From positions 81,344 through 145,343 of the forward strand of contig CBFFRP010000096.1 of NCBI GenBank assembly GCA_965644295.1: 64,000 bases of DNA, written 5' to 3'. Positions 38,501-50,900 of the stretch are shown in pieces. Position numbers and translations under genes: made by a program. How positions within the stretch are numbered: position 1 is the first letter of the stretch; each line of letters opens with the position of its first letter. The notes below the pieces were generated by a model. That model was not told the origin of the DNA. It saw only the letters and a list, made by a program, of their open reading frames with translations, and searched no databases. The stretch comes from Paraphysomonas bandaiensis (Eukaryota; Protista; Chrysophyceae).

Positions 38501-39795
38501 ATGGAGTTTCTCCTTTCACAACAGTTTGTGGTGCTCAGCAACGATACCTCCTCTGAAACCCGCAGTTGTACTGAGTACCTAAGGGCAACCCCCCTTGGCA
38601 AGGCAACAGCTCTTTCCGGTATTGCACCTAGAGATGCAGTTGTGGTACTTGCTTCCCTCACACAAGCCAGACGCTCGCTGATTTTACAATCTGGTTTTCA
38701 CGCTGTGTTTCTCGTGACTCCACCATCGCCATCTGTTGAGCCGTGCTGGAGTGAATATGAACGAATGTTGGATGGGTTTCTCACAGAGTATCCAGTATGG
38801 TCTCTCCGTGTTATACCTTATGCCAGTTAATATTAGTGCAGGATGTGCAGCTTGTTTGTGATCTATTAAAAGTACGCAGAGGAGACTTATGTGCTTTTAA
38901 AAGAAATCCTCCGAAATATGGTTGCACTAAGCCACAGGTCATATTTCGGTAGCACGTTGTACTTAACGTTAATGTGTTCAGTAGACCTGCTTCTACAGAA
39001 GGTTGTATTCTGCGATCCTACTTTTTAGTCTGATACAAGAAATGCCATTGAATAAGGTGGATTATTTTTTCTATGCATTTTATAATTTTAACTTCTTTCT
39101 TACAGGTATGTCTCTCTGTCAATGTACAGAGGGGACAGCTTCAGCAGCTCCAAAAAGATGCCGCTGCCTTCTGCGGCATGGTGAGCGATGGATGTCTTTC
39201 TATACGATGTCTCACCTACTATTTAGGTATCTAATTTCTGTAGGAACTTGAATTGGAACAGTTTGTCGTGTGTTCTTGAAACCTATAGCGGACGACTCTC
39301 TTTCGGTGTGCGGCCCGAGCTCCTTCCTTTGACGAGATTGGGGACAGAGGTGCCTGTATGAGTGGCCCACTTCAATTATTTTGACTTTTTACATAAGATG
39401 CCCGGGTTCAGAGCGAGAGCTTTTTATCGGAGTGGTATTCAGTCACCAGAAGACCTGCTACGCACTGATCCAAGTGTTTTGTGTAGCATATTGGTAAATG
39501 ATTTGGCTACGCTCTGATTTGTTTTATATAAAGTGTAGATGGATTGCTTGCCCTATGAAGACAAAGATCCAATCTTGGCGTCAACTGGTAATCAGCGTAT
39601 GGGTGATGGGAACATGTCGACACGTAAGTCAGGGAAGGAAGAGAACTGTTTGAGATTAGTCGCAAGAATTTTGCATAGGTTGGTTTCTTCATATATCTGT
39701 GGCTAGTGTGATATTGTTTTTCCAGTGCGCGGAAAGCTGTACGAGATGAGGTATCAGCTTTAAATAGAGAAAGTGTACATAGTAGTAGTATGTAA
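35542..39795 (+). CDS. HELQ: Ski2-like DNA helicase of the HELQ/POLQ (Mus308) family, many exons, no polymerase domain; start approximate
   Basis: LFPWQ (Q motif), NLIYTAPT|SGGKTLVSE (Walker A split by an intron), VCTIERAN, VVVDELH, MSATLP, GVAYHHAGLT, TSTLSAG|VNLPAHRV, QMCGRAGR, ATPLGKA, SFGVRPELLPL, RARAFY. Ends 39795 with no family A polymerase. Confidence 0.85.
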
Positions 39796-40508
39796 GACTA
39801 ATGCTGAGTTATACGAAATACAAGACACGTTAGGAGCATCGAAACAATGAATTTAAACTAAATGTAAACATTAAGACTGTATAAATAATTCGATTAATAT
39901 GAGATGTGTTTTTATCGCCCTTTCATATTTGGGTTACAAGAGCACTATATACAAATCATAACTACATAACTACAGATTCGTCAACCTAGAGCAGGGCCAG
40001 GTAACAGTTAAAGGTAATAGCATTAACGGCTATTAATGGTAATGTTATTATAATTGCCAGGAACTGGGCACCCATTAATGGCATTTACTATAGTACTGGG
40101 TACTTGATATATTGATTATTGATATATGCGATACATAGCATTAAGTGTTTCTAAAATATAGTATACGAAATCGTGATGTAAAATTGTGAAATATATTGAT
40201 GTATTAAAATGTATTGTATTGCTCATTGAGGTTCACTCTGTTTGGCATATAAAATTGAGAATCAATGTTAGGAAACAGAAATATTGCTGCAAAATTATAT
40301 CAAAAAACAGTTGTTACGTTTTACTACGTATGAAGCAATCATTTCAACACTTCCTGAGTGTATCGTTCCGCACGCTCGAAATATGCACTTTACGTATTGA
40401 TGACTGTACTGAATTAATATATTTTCTGTTCACGATGCATACCTATCACTATTACAACATAAACTGATTCGAAAATAAACCAGAAAACACAATCATCACA
40501 TGTCCCAT

Positions 40509-41394
40509 TTATATGACCTTGGTCGATTTGAAGAAAAATTTCAAATGACGCGCCTGAAACACTCCAGCAAGGAGCAAAATTCCAATCTAGAATTCATATT
40601 ACACAACGTATAAGATGAGCACGTAGTGGTAACAATCAAGAAATCGAATCACCTGGACCATTGGAAACCAAAGAGCGGCGCTGTTCATGGCCTCGGTCTC
40701 CTCATGAAACTCCACCTCCTTATGCTGTATTTCCCACCCATATATTACTACAGCTTTTCTTATTATGTTATAAATCCCCTTACCTTCATGTAATCCGCTT
40801 CATTCAATATCCTGAAAATATAGACATGATACGCATCAGCATTGCAACCACACACTTACAAACTCATTTCATCATTAATCTTCCGCATTTCTAAGTTTAT
40901 TGGTTCAACGTTTTGATCCTTAGCTAGTTGTTCATAGTGTTCAGCATCATGACCATACTCTATAGTCAGTTGGAAGCGCTACATGACGAATTAGGTGTGC
41001 GATGTAGACAGGGCAGAACATATCACATACCGTTACACGATCCTTAGCTGGCTTCTGTGAGAAACAAAGAGTATGAAACCCATCTCCTGCTGTTTCATAG
41101 TCGATGTGACCACTCTCTTTTAATATCTTTTGTTTTATACGAGCCTCTGCATTCACAACAGCACCAGAGAACAACTCAAACTCCACTTCATCGCCTTTAT
41201 CGAGCACTTCATATGAGAATGTCATAGGAGTGGAATCAGGCTGCTCGATGTAGAAGCACTTCTTCTTCTCCTGTATATGAATGTATAAGTGTCAGCAGGA
41301 GAGTGTGTGATGTACATACAGAGTTGACGAGGAAGTAGAGGGACTGACAGACCGGCAACAGACATGATACAAGCAGAATAATACTGCACTTCAT
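40509..41394 (-). CDS. p24/TMED (emp24/gp25L) GOLD-domain cargo receptor, multi-exon
   Basis: Signal peptide MKCSIILLVSCLLPVCQSLYF; KKCFYIE; GFHTLCFS; coiled coil; C-terminal TM ending FQARHLKFFFKSTKVI*. Confidence 0.88.
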
Positions 41395-41508
41395 TCTTCT
41401 CACTACTGTATGACAGTATGGTGAGATTATATCAAATCACTGAACAACACCCGAACTCAGATATACACTGCAAGAAACATCCCACAAACTAAACACACAC
41501 GCATACCG

Positions 41509-41922
41509 CATACATACATACATACATACATACATACATACATACATACATACATACATACATACATACATACATACATACATACATACATACATACATA
41601 CATACATACATACATACATACATACATACATACATACATACATACATACATACATACATACATACATACATACATACATACATACATACATACATACATA
41701 CATACATACATACATACATACATACATACATACATACATACATGCATACATACATACATACATACATACATACATACATACATACATACATACATACATA
41801 CATACATACATACATACATACATACATACATACATACATACATACATACATACATACATACATACATACATACATACATACATACATACATACATACATA
41901 CATACATACATACATACATACA
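41509..41922. repeat. (TACA)n microsatellite, ~410 bp, one CATG interruption near 41743
   Basis: Directly visible. Confidence 0.98.
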
Positions 41923-42257
41923 GCAGAATACCGTAGTTGTGATTCAGTTGTGATTTCAGATGTAGTGTATCTGGGTTTTCGCTGCTGGTTTAAAAATACT
42001 GGAGTTTTGAATAAAATCAACCTATTCTACATATACAATCATAAAAAATTCAATTTCTATATAAAAACCTTCTAATTATTTAAAAAAGTTTTGTACGGTT
42101 AAGTTCATATATAACAAGCTTCAAAAATATTTCTATAGAGAACATACCTCTGTGTGTGTTCTCTATGAATATCCCTGTATAGACCATAGCACACTATACA
42201 GTCATGATAGTCGAATAAATCAGATTGATTCATTCTTTCTATAGTATCAGACGATTG

Positions 42258-45150
42258 ATGCCTCCTGCACGGAAGAAGTTTCGAGGTAATTCATTCTGTC
42301 ATATGATTTATAGAGTCGTATACTGATCTGCTCGTATACCAGCCGCTGCTATTCGATCTGGATACTCATCAGCATCTAAACGAGGTAAAACAATTCATTT
42401 TATTACTGTATTTGTCTTATACGGCTGTGTAGATGCGGCATGTTTGATACCAACCCGCTCTGAGTCTCCACAATCGAATGCACTGTTTCAAAATTATGGG
42501 AATATAACTCCTCGAAAGAAAGTCAGAAGACGATCAATACGCAATAAAGTTCACTGTCAATCTGCTTTACTTACACTTCCTGATGCTTTGTTGGTCTATA
42601 TATTTTCTTTCTTCGTCTGTCCCAATGGTTTGGATATGGATAATTTCCATAACATTCAAGCCGTGAACTCTAAATGTCGAGCTCTCATAAATTCTCCAGT
42701 CATATGGCGTTTTATTCCAATTATTCAGCCTGGAGGAGCACTAAACATAAATGCATTTTTTCTTGTGAAAATGAAAAACAAAGGCACTGAGGGTACCTGC
42801 TACCATACCAGGAGGAGAAGTGACCAGGCAGAAGTAGCTCTGAAGCGGGCGAGGGTTTATCCTGATGTGAGTAACATACTTAATTCTATTTGTCATTCAT
42901 ATTAGCAACGTGTTGTGAGCAGAACGAAGGTGTTCCGTACTACATGATGAGGGAAATATCCGCTCTGAAGAAGCTATCACATCCCAACATCTGCTCACTA
43001 GACCTTGTGAATCTGAGTGACTTTAAACTCTACTTGGGTTTCCGTTATGTAGAGCTTACTCTCCATGATTTGTTATATCCCCCGTCTACATCCGTAGCTC
43101 CCGTAAAGGCAAGCAAGGCTCAGACTCGTGAACTTATGAAGCAACTTGGCGGAGCAGTGGCCTACTGTCATCGGCGAGGAGTTCTGCATAGAAATCTCAA
43201 GCCGAAGCACCTCCTGCTCATTCCGGGTCCAGTCGCAAATGATCCTCTAGGTATGTTTTTTTAAATCCACAAATTATTGATCACTCTCCATGATGGTACA
43301 GAGGGTGCACGCATTCTTCTTTCTGACTTTGCTCTTGTGCGAATGATGAGCAACCCTCCTAAGCGCCTGACATCGGAGGTAATAACTCTCTGGTACCGTC
43401 CCCCTGAAATCCTCATGGGACAGAATAACTACACCGCTGCTGTTGACGTATGGTCGATGGGGTGTATCTTCGCTGAGCTGTTACAAGGCAAGGCATTGTT
43501 CGAGGGACTCTGTGAAGTGGATCAAATATTTCAGATATTTCGAACGCTGGGAACCCCAACCACAGATGTATGGGATGAGTTTAAAAGTATGCCCTACTAT
43601 CAGGACCCTCTTTTTCCGGACTGGCAAAAGGTGGGTATTAGTGCCAACACGGTGCTGTGAGATGATGCTTATTCGTGTTTTATGTAGTCGCGTTTGTGGA
43701 ATATGGTAAGGAATGCCACTGCTGTGGAGTTCGATTTGCTTTCTCAGTGCCTTGTGTACGACCCAAGAAAGCGACTCTCCGCTGCAGAGTTTCTCGGTCA
43801 CGTCTACTTCATCGACTCTGATACGTCAGGTAGAAGCTTCTATCGTTACTTCACCATGTTTTTAATTTATAAATTGTTAATTGCAGATTCAACTCCTGCG
43901 AACGATATTATATTGGAATCACCAGGAATTGAATTGTGTGCCGATGGTATGGAAATAATTTTTTTCCTTCTGTATACTAACATGTATCAACTGTATCACT
44001 ACAGCCCTCGTCAATGTACACAAAACCACCCTCCCACACTACGCTTTTTTGCGATCACTAGAGCCCGGTGCAGTTGCCTCTTGCACTAACCACGATGGAA
44101 ATAGGCCCGGAGCGAATGCAATGGGCACAAGTATTACTGATAAAAGAGGGGATCTCGTGTACTCTGAGGAAGATCTGTAAGTACTTAACATTATCGTGTA
44201 CTCGTAATTATTGCTTTTCTGCCAGCGAGGTACGGTCTAGGGCCGTAGAATGGGTCTTCCACGTTTCTGGAAGGCGACACGACTCTTCACTCTCTGTGCG
44301 CACTACGTACTTCGCGATAGCTCTTCTTGACGCGTTCTTCTGCTCAACAGCGGGTGATGCGAACAAAAAGGTTTGGACTGCAGTATCTACGTCTAGTATT
44401 GTGGGTGCGTGCTGCATGCATATCGCATCCAAGTGCGAGGATGTGTCGTACGCTGGCATCAGAGATATATCGCGTTCCTTAGATTTTGCGTAAGTTGTTG
44501 TTGCTCTTGTACCCTTCCATATCCTCTTACAGTTGTTTATGCTAGCTACGAGCCAGAAGAGTTCTTGTTGACCGAAGAAGTTATATTGAATACACTCCAG
44601 TTTGATTTTTATATTCCTACTGGTAAGTGCTGGGCTACTATATGATGAATATGCTCATGAAATGATGAAGTGATCGATTTCTTGGGTCTTTTTATGGAGT
44701 GTCTTCCTGAAATATATACGTTGGAGCAGCAGCGATCGCTCTGTCTGGTGAGCTGTATTGTAACTAAACCTTACCTTTAATTAATTATCGCGTAGTATCT
44801 GGGCGAGCTGTCCCTACTATTTACCATATGCATTAGATTCGCCCCCTCTCTGGTAGCAACCACGATTGTGTCATATGCTTTGGGATATACGTCGTCTGGG
44901 GAACGAAACAGGACAAAGGGAGTGTCCTGGGTAAGTTACTGATATTGTGACATCCGTATTTAAAAGCGTTTTTCAGCCTGACTCCCTAAAGAAGCTCTCT
45001 GGTTACTCTTACGAGGAAGATGTGGTCCCTTGTCTACAGTATGTGAGGGAGTCCCAGCGCCTGACTCCATTGCTTCCTTACGCTAGTGGTATTTATACGG
45101 ACTATTCATCCGCCGAAACTCACGGGGTAGCCAGATGGCCACCTCTTTAG
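42258..45150 (+). CDS. F-box / CDK-like (pseudo)kinase / cyclin fusion protein, about 13 exons
   Basis: Manual splicing at GT-AG sites gives one open frame from MPPARKKFR to RWPPL*. F-box LLTLPDALLVYIFSF...VNSKCRALINSPVIWR. CDK VALK, EGVPYYMMREISALK, HRNLKPKH, SDFALVR, TSEVITLWYRPPE, DVWSMGCIFAE, YDPRKRLSA. Cyclin box RSRAVEWV, TTYFAIALLDAF, IVGACCMHIASKCED, EEVILNTLQF, YLGELSL, FAPSLVA. Confidence 0.85.
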
Positions 45151-45745
45151 ATAGTGCGTGGTTATTATCACATAGTTTTCACTCTGTGTTTGTCTGTGAA
45201 CTGTGTACAGTAGATATTCCCCATTGTTTGAATAGCATTAGGTAGATTGCATGCTGTGAAGTACTACTGATGTGGATTTGTACGGTGTCGTTGAATTGGG
45301 TTCAATGGCTGTACAATTTCATGATGAACGTGGCTCATGATAACTATATTCATTATATATATATATTATTCTGATTGATCCTCAGTTTCCTGTTCTTAAT
45401 TGAGAATTTAAAGTTAATATTTTGAAAATTGAATTAACTGGGTGGTCGGCGATGGAGCATGCCCAGTGAAATTTGAAACAGAAACATACTATCCCTTATA
45501 AAGAAAAAACGAATTTATTTAAAAAGTTTAAAATTTCCCCAGAGGTGCATAACGCATTCGTAATAATGAACTCTTGTATAGACGACCGCAGAACCGATGC
45601 ATGTCACTACTCAGACCAAAACTGGATGACTTTCTTGGCCCTCAAAGTCGGACTCGCACGTATTCGTGGTGGTGTTCTGGGGGATAAGTACCGGAGATAT
45701 TTCTTCTTGAAACTAACGTGAACCGCATATATAGTCAGTAGATAG

Positions 45746-46170
45746 TCAACTCTACCTATGCCTGAGGCCCAAACGGTGCACTGAGACAACGCCACATTCC
45801 ACCTCACCACCCACCTCTCAGCACACACATCTAGCACTCGGTACACTCAGGACCTTAATATAGAACCTTGTACCTCAGAGCCTGGTGGAATCTCATCCCA
45901 AGGGGAGACCCCCTGCTAACACGCGCCAGTGAGTCCTAGGTCACACACACGATCATGGTGAAACTCACAATCAACATTAAGAATGGAAGTGGTCGCACCT
46001 TGGTGCTTGCGGCGACACACAAGCAGCTTCTGTAGCGCTAAATAGTAGGATAATAGAATTTGTGCTGATTAGTTATGGGTAGAGGTCAAAATAGCATGTC
46101 TAGCATTCATCTAGCCACAACATTGGTGCAGGTTTTTAACGCCTATTGCTAAATAATAATACTTTCTATA
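45746..46170 (+). mobile_element. Second copy of the non-LTR 3' remnant (family of ~10400-10820)
   Basis: Colinear similarity, e.g. CTCTCAGCACACACATCTAG..CTCGGTACACTCAGGACCTTAATA and TTTTTAACGCCTATTGCTAAATAA. Confidence 0.75.
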
Positions 46171-46202
46171 TATTGTTCTGCCCACTCTTATCCTAATGCT
46201 TG

Positions 46203-47272
46203 AAGTCGAGGTAATACCAAAACCTGGTTTTTGATGTAAAACCTTGTGTATTAGAATATGGATTGTATTCTAGTATATTCAGTGTGGAACTTGAAGACAA
46301 TGTACTAGAGTGCAGTGAAATATGGTGATGTATTAATGTTGTTATAATATTGTGAATTTGAAATAGTTTGCTCTTTTCAGATATGTTTAGTAGCGAAAGG
46401 TTCACACATGTAGGAGATTATGCTTTATGAATGGTGCAAAAAGGAGTTTGTGCTGTTTTCACAATTCGTGTAAACGTTATTAATTAATTTATCTAGTCTA
46501 ATTAATTTAATTCTCTGTGTAATCTAGTTAAAGAATGTACAAGGGACACTAATAAATGTCACCTGTGTAGATGTCGTTGGGCATTGACAAATAAACAGGC
46601 ATCCGGGGTATTGGGCTGAAGTCAAGCATCCGGGATTCTCACCTTAGGAAGAGAACGAAAGTGGTTGCACCTTGGTGCTTGCGGTGACGCACAAACAGCT
46701 TTCGTAGAGCCAAATAGTAGGATATCAGAGTTAAGCATGAGTTAGCTAATAAATAATTTTGCTACGCCTATTGCTAAGAATCAGACATTCTATTGACTAT
46801 TGGTCATTTTCACAATTAAGATCGTTAACATTTAAGATGGACTCTTTTATTAAAATTTGTATACACACAATTTTGTGTTGTCATATGTAAAACATGTCAA
46901 CCACAGCTCAACTTCCGTATCTTGTATCGTCATGATACAATACTTCCGTTTCACAGTTATAGCTATATCGTACAAAGAATAGCTTTATAGTATGCTTGAT
47001 GTAGTAGTGGGGTATCGTACAAAGAATAGCTTTATATTATGCTTGACGGAATAGCTTGAAATGTATAATATATGTGTGTAGTCGGTGACTTTTATTGCTG
47101 TAAAACTGAAGTAATATGGAAGAAATTAGTAAAAAATATTGTAAATAATACTTTTCACACTGTTATTTATTTCATAGCTACTTATTGTGCATAGTTATAC
47201 CCTTTTCCGACCATCACCAAAAATTTCACCAGGTTTTACATCCAAACCCAGGTTTTGGTATTACCTCGACTT
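46203..47272. mobile_element. Segment bounded by ~42-bp terminal inverted repeats (putative non-autonomous DNA transposon/MITE)
   Basis: AAGTCGAGGTAATACCAAAACCTGG...GATGTAAAACCT at 46203 and its near-perfect reverse complement ending at 47272; no coding capacity; no clear TSD. Confidence 0.5.
46655..46790 (+). mobile_element. Short diverged copy of the non-LTR 3' terminus
   Basis: Contains the structured motif, then AAATAGTAGGATA and ACGCCTATTGCTAAGAATCAGACATTC. Confidence 0.6.
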
Positions 47273-47358
47273 AATGTAAAACATGTCAACCACCGCTCAA
47301 CTTCCGTATCTTGTATCGTCATGATACAATACTTCAGTTTCACAGTTATAGCTATATA
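46884..47358. repeat. ~85-bp direct repeat (46884-46968 and 47274-47358) plus a ~34-bp local duplication at ~46966/47013
   Basis: ATGTAAAACATGTCAACCAC.GCTCAACTTCCGTATCTTGTATCGTCATGATACAATACTTC.GTTTCACAGTTATAGCTATAT occurs twice. Confidence 0.85.
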
Positions 47359-47912
47359 GTATCATTGACTACGTATTACTGTTTTTCACATTGTATTTAA
47401 CGTATTCTACAGTACTATCTTAGAGAACCATACGTATTCCAACACTATTATGATTCAATTGAAAATCCTTATAATAATAGACACCTATAGACAATAAAAA
47501 CAACTACACTAAGACAGCCAACTAACATCTACATTTTATCGATTTAACTAAACTTTCGATGTGTAATGAATAGCGCAACAGTTTAACTATAGAGTAAGTA
47601 GCATTTATTTTGGCTAAAATTTCAATCTCGTTACAAAAATTTACGCACAGGTCGGTATAATGATGGAAAGTGTAGCTACACTCATGATGTATGTATATAG
47701 CTTTGTTTACGCTGAATTTTTAGCAGTTCATTGGGTTCGACGTTGAATACTTATGACAAAACGATCATACTCTGCACTATATAGCTATATAGTGTATCTA
47801 TCCTTAACCCATATAATCATAAAAATCCTCACAAGAATAAACAGCACGCAGAAACATTGACGGAAACACATTTGAACATTTAAACTGGCGAAAAATGACT
47901 AACTCATATCAT

Positions 47913-50900
47913 CTATCCAGCAGCATCCTCAAAGTCTTCCATATCTTCATCATCTTCATCATCTTCGAATTCTCCATCAGAGAAAACTTCCTCTATTTGA
48001 TTGTCTTCTAATAACTCTCCCTCATTCATAACTATAGTTACACTATGTAACTTTTCTCCAGTATCCGGGTTTTCTCGAATAGGACAAAAGTCTCGGGACC
48101 ACTTTAGTTCCTCTTGGTCAACAGTGAGCAACTCTTCTGCACCACTCTCATTTTTGACAAAAAAACTGAAACCTCGACCACATATTTCATTGAGCTCTTC
48201 TCTAAAATTGCGCTCAATATATATGCGAAGTATATCAACGGGAGCGTCAAGATCCATCTCTATAGAACCTAAACACGTTCTGTCTTCAAACCCAGACTCT
48301 AGCCACACTGCTATAGTTGATTTGTCAAAGCTCTTTTCCCATCTACGATATGGTGATAGCTTTGCATTGGCGCGATATCTCATGTAGTTATCATACGCAT
48401 TCTGTATCATTTCTTTAGGCATGCTGAATAGAAAGCGCCCCCCTTTCGCCAACATTTTCTTAATTTGAAACTCATAATCAAAGTTGATATTCTGTACAAG
48501 AGCAATGTCAAATCGGCAATGAAGAGCCTAACCATAAGTACCTTTCTACTTGTTTTTATTAACCAGTCTCGGGTCTCTCCAATGCGCTTTCCATACTCCG
48601 CAATGGAGGCACCCATTTCACTATCTTCGTCATACAATTTAGAAAATCCAATAACACTTTTCGACAAGTCGTTCAACATCAGTGCTAACAAGGTTACAGC
48701 TTTTTGAGCAAACCAACTCTCATGAATTCGTCGTGACGCCTGTATCAAGTTAGCCCATATTACCAATAGTACAGTGTAGCACTCAACCTTAAATGCTGGT
48801 CTGGCATAAAACGGTTTGTGCGCAACCCTGTATATACTTTGACTAGTCGCATCTTCAAAAAGCCAGGGGCGATCGAGCTTGATATGATCTTCACCAATTT
48901 CTTCGATAACTCTTGATGCCCTTGACGCCATTGAAAATCCTCTGGACAATTGCTTATTTCCCGCAATTAACGCTTCTGATACACAATTATCACTGTCAAT
49001 GTGATAGTCGTCGACTTACCGGTTTCAGTATCCTCGACACTGGCCTCATCATCTGGCTCTTCTACAGATGATACAGCTGATGGAGTTTTTGAAGAAGTTT
49101 TCTTAACAAACTTCGAAGTCTTCCTATTTCCAAGAGATAAGCTACGTTTTGTAGATTCACTGCGACGGAGACCGTGCTCTGACTCCGATTTATCTACTGT
49201 ATCTACATTGGTACTCTCATCATCGCCGTCCTCGTAACCTTCAAATTCATCTAAGATGTCGAGAATATCTTCGCCAGCAACTATTTTGAAATGCATCCCG
49301 TAAATTTTGACAATATCGCCAGTTTTTAATTTCTTTTTCCAGCTGCCAGGAGCCTTCGGAAATTCGGCATAATCATTTGACTGAAGGTAAATTACGACAC
49401 AATAGATTACACATACAAAACTTACAGCGTCTTGTGAAGGAGTATCGTATGTCACATGTGCGTAACGACTTCCCGCCGTAAGTTGAACAGTAAATGGCAT
49501 CGGAACTCCTTCTTCCCGCCGTTTTTCGACAAGATTGTGAAGACTCCTTGGGCCTGCAAAGTGTTCCCATCGTTTCCTGGCATGTGCTACATTGTCTACT
49601 TCTTCGTCTCTCTGTGTATACGGAGAATATTAAATTAGACTATTAATATCTGCAATTCTACCTTAGATTGAGCGTTTTGAAAGCGTTTAAGGCAATCATG
49701 TGCGTATGTTTGTAGCTTCTTCTTCTTTTCTGGCTTAGCAGTAGCGGACGAACGTGCCTGATAGTAAAACATTTAGTACACACATCGCACCCATTTCATA
49801 CTTTACCGCCCGGTATCTTTCTCTGGCGCGCTCGTGAGCTCTGAACTTTCGCTTTACCCGGCTTTCAGCCCAAAACAGAGACATCTTCGCGTACATCAGC
49901 TCTGTCAATGCAGCCATACCATGTGCAAACGACATCTTGTTAGGTGGCGCTGCGTTAGGCCCTAGATCCGGGGGTTTTAATAGTTCGCAATAGATCCCCC
50001 ACTTCCGCTCCACACATTCCAACACAGTCCGACGCAAGTACTTTGGGAACACCCGTAAAACCTTTTCCTTATTCGTATCGGATTTCAAACTTGGCGCGAG
50101 CCCAAAGAAATCACGACAACGATACATAATCTTTTCTCTCTTAGGCATTTCCTTTTCTCGCATCGCTAGAAATATTCTGCGTTTGGATATGAAAGGAATG
50201 ATACTCCGACGGACTCTCGTTGCGCGGTACACCCTCTGGATCGTAACAGCACCTTTCTCACGTTTTCGAATCAGAGTCTCAGCCATGAGTTTTGCATATT
50301 CTTCCTCTTTTTTCCGTTTGGCCTCAGCTTCATCGCGTTTTCTCCGGTACTTCAATACAGTTGGTCCATAGTAGGTTACGGGGTATGTCTGGTATTGCCC
50401 GGTGTAATCTTCCAGCAAAGGGTCGCCATATGAGGCTTTATAGCACACAGTGCACAGAATTTCTTCCTGATACCCATGATACGTATCCACTCGTCTCCAG
50501 TGACCCGCACGATCATCGCAATGATCACAGTGCTCTGATACCCACCTAAATGTGTGAAGACGAGCCCTTCCCCGCCGATGCGCAAACTGAAAACATGTAT
50601 CACAATAAACTTCATCACAAGGAATGCACTCCTTCGTTGGCACTTGAAACTCACACTCCACACACATTTCATAAGCAATACGATTGTGACTTTTACGCAC
50701 ACCACTTCTATGCATGGAAGCAAAGCAAGGGTCGCACATCTGGCGATCACATTCATCACAAAAACACGTTGCTGCTGCAATATTGCAATCAGAACACAGA
50801 GGAGTGTATTGTTCATCCGACGTGGGCATTTTAATAGCATCGCCACAATCCAACTCCCGCAGGAGTGCTGGCTTAACCCACTGAGATGTACCCAGTCGTT

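Noticed and set aside
35542-39795. Full DNA polymerase theta
   Set aside because: The gene ends after the helicase C-terminal region and the next gene is p24 on the other strand; no polymerase motifs.
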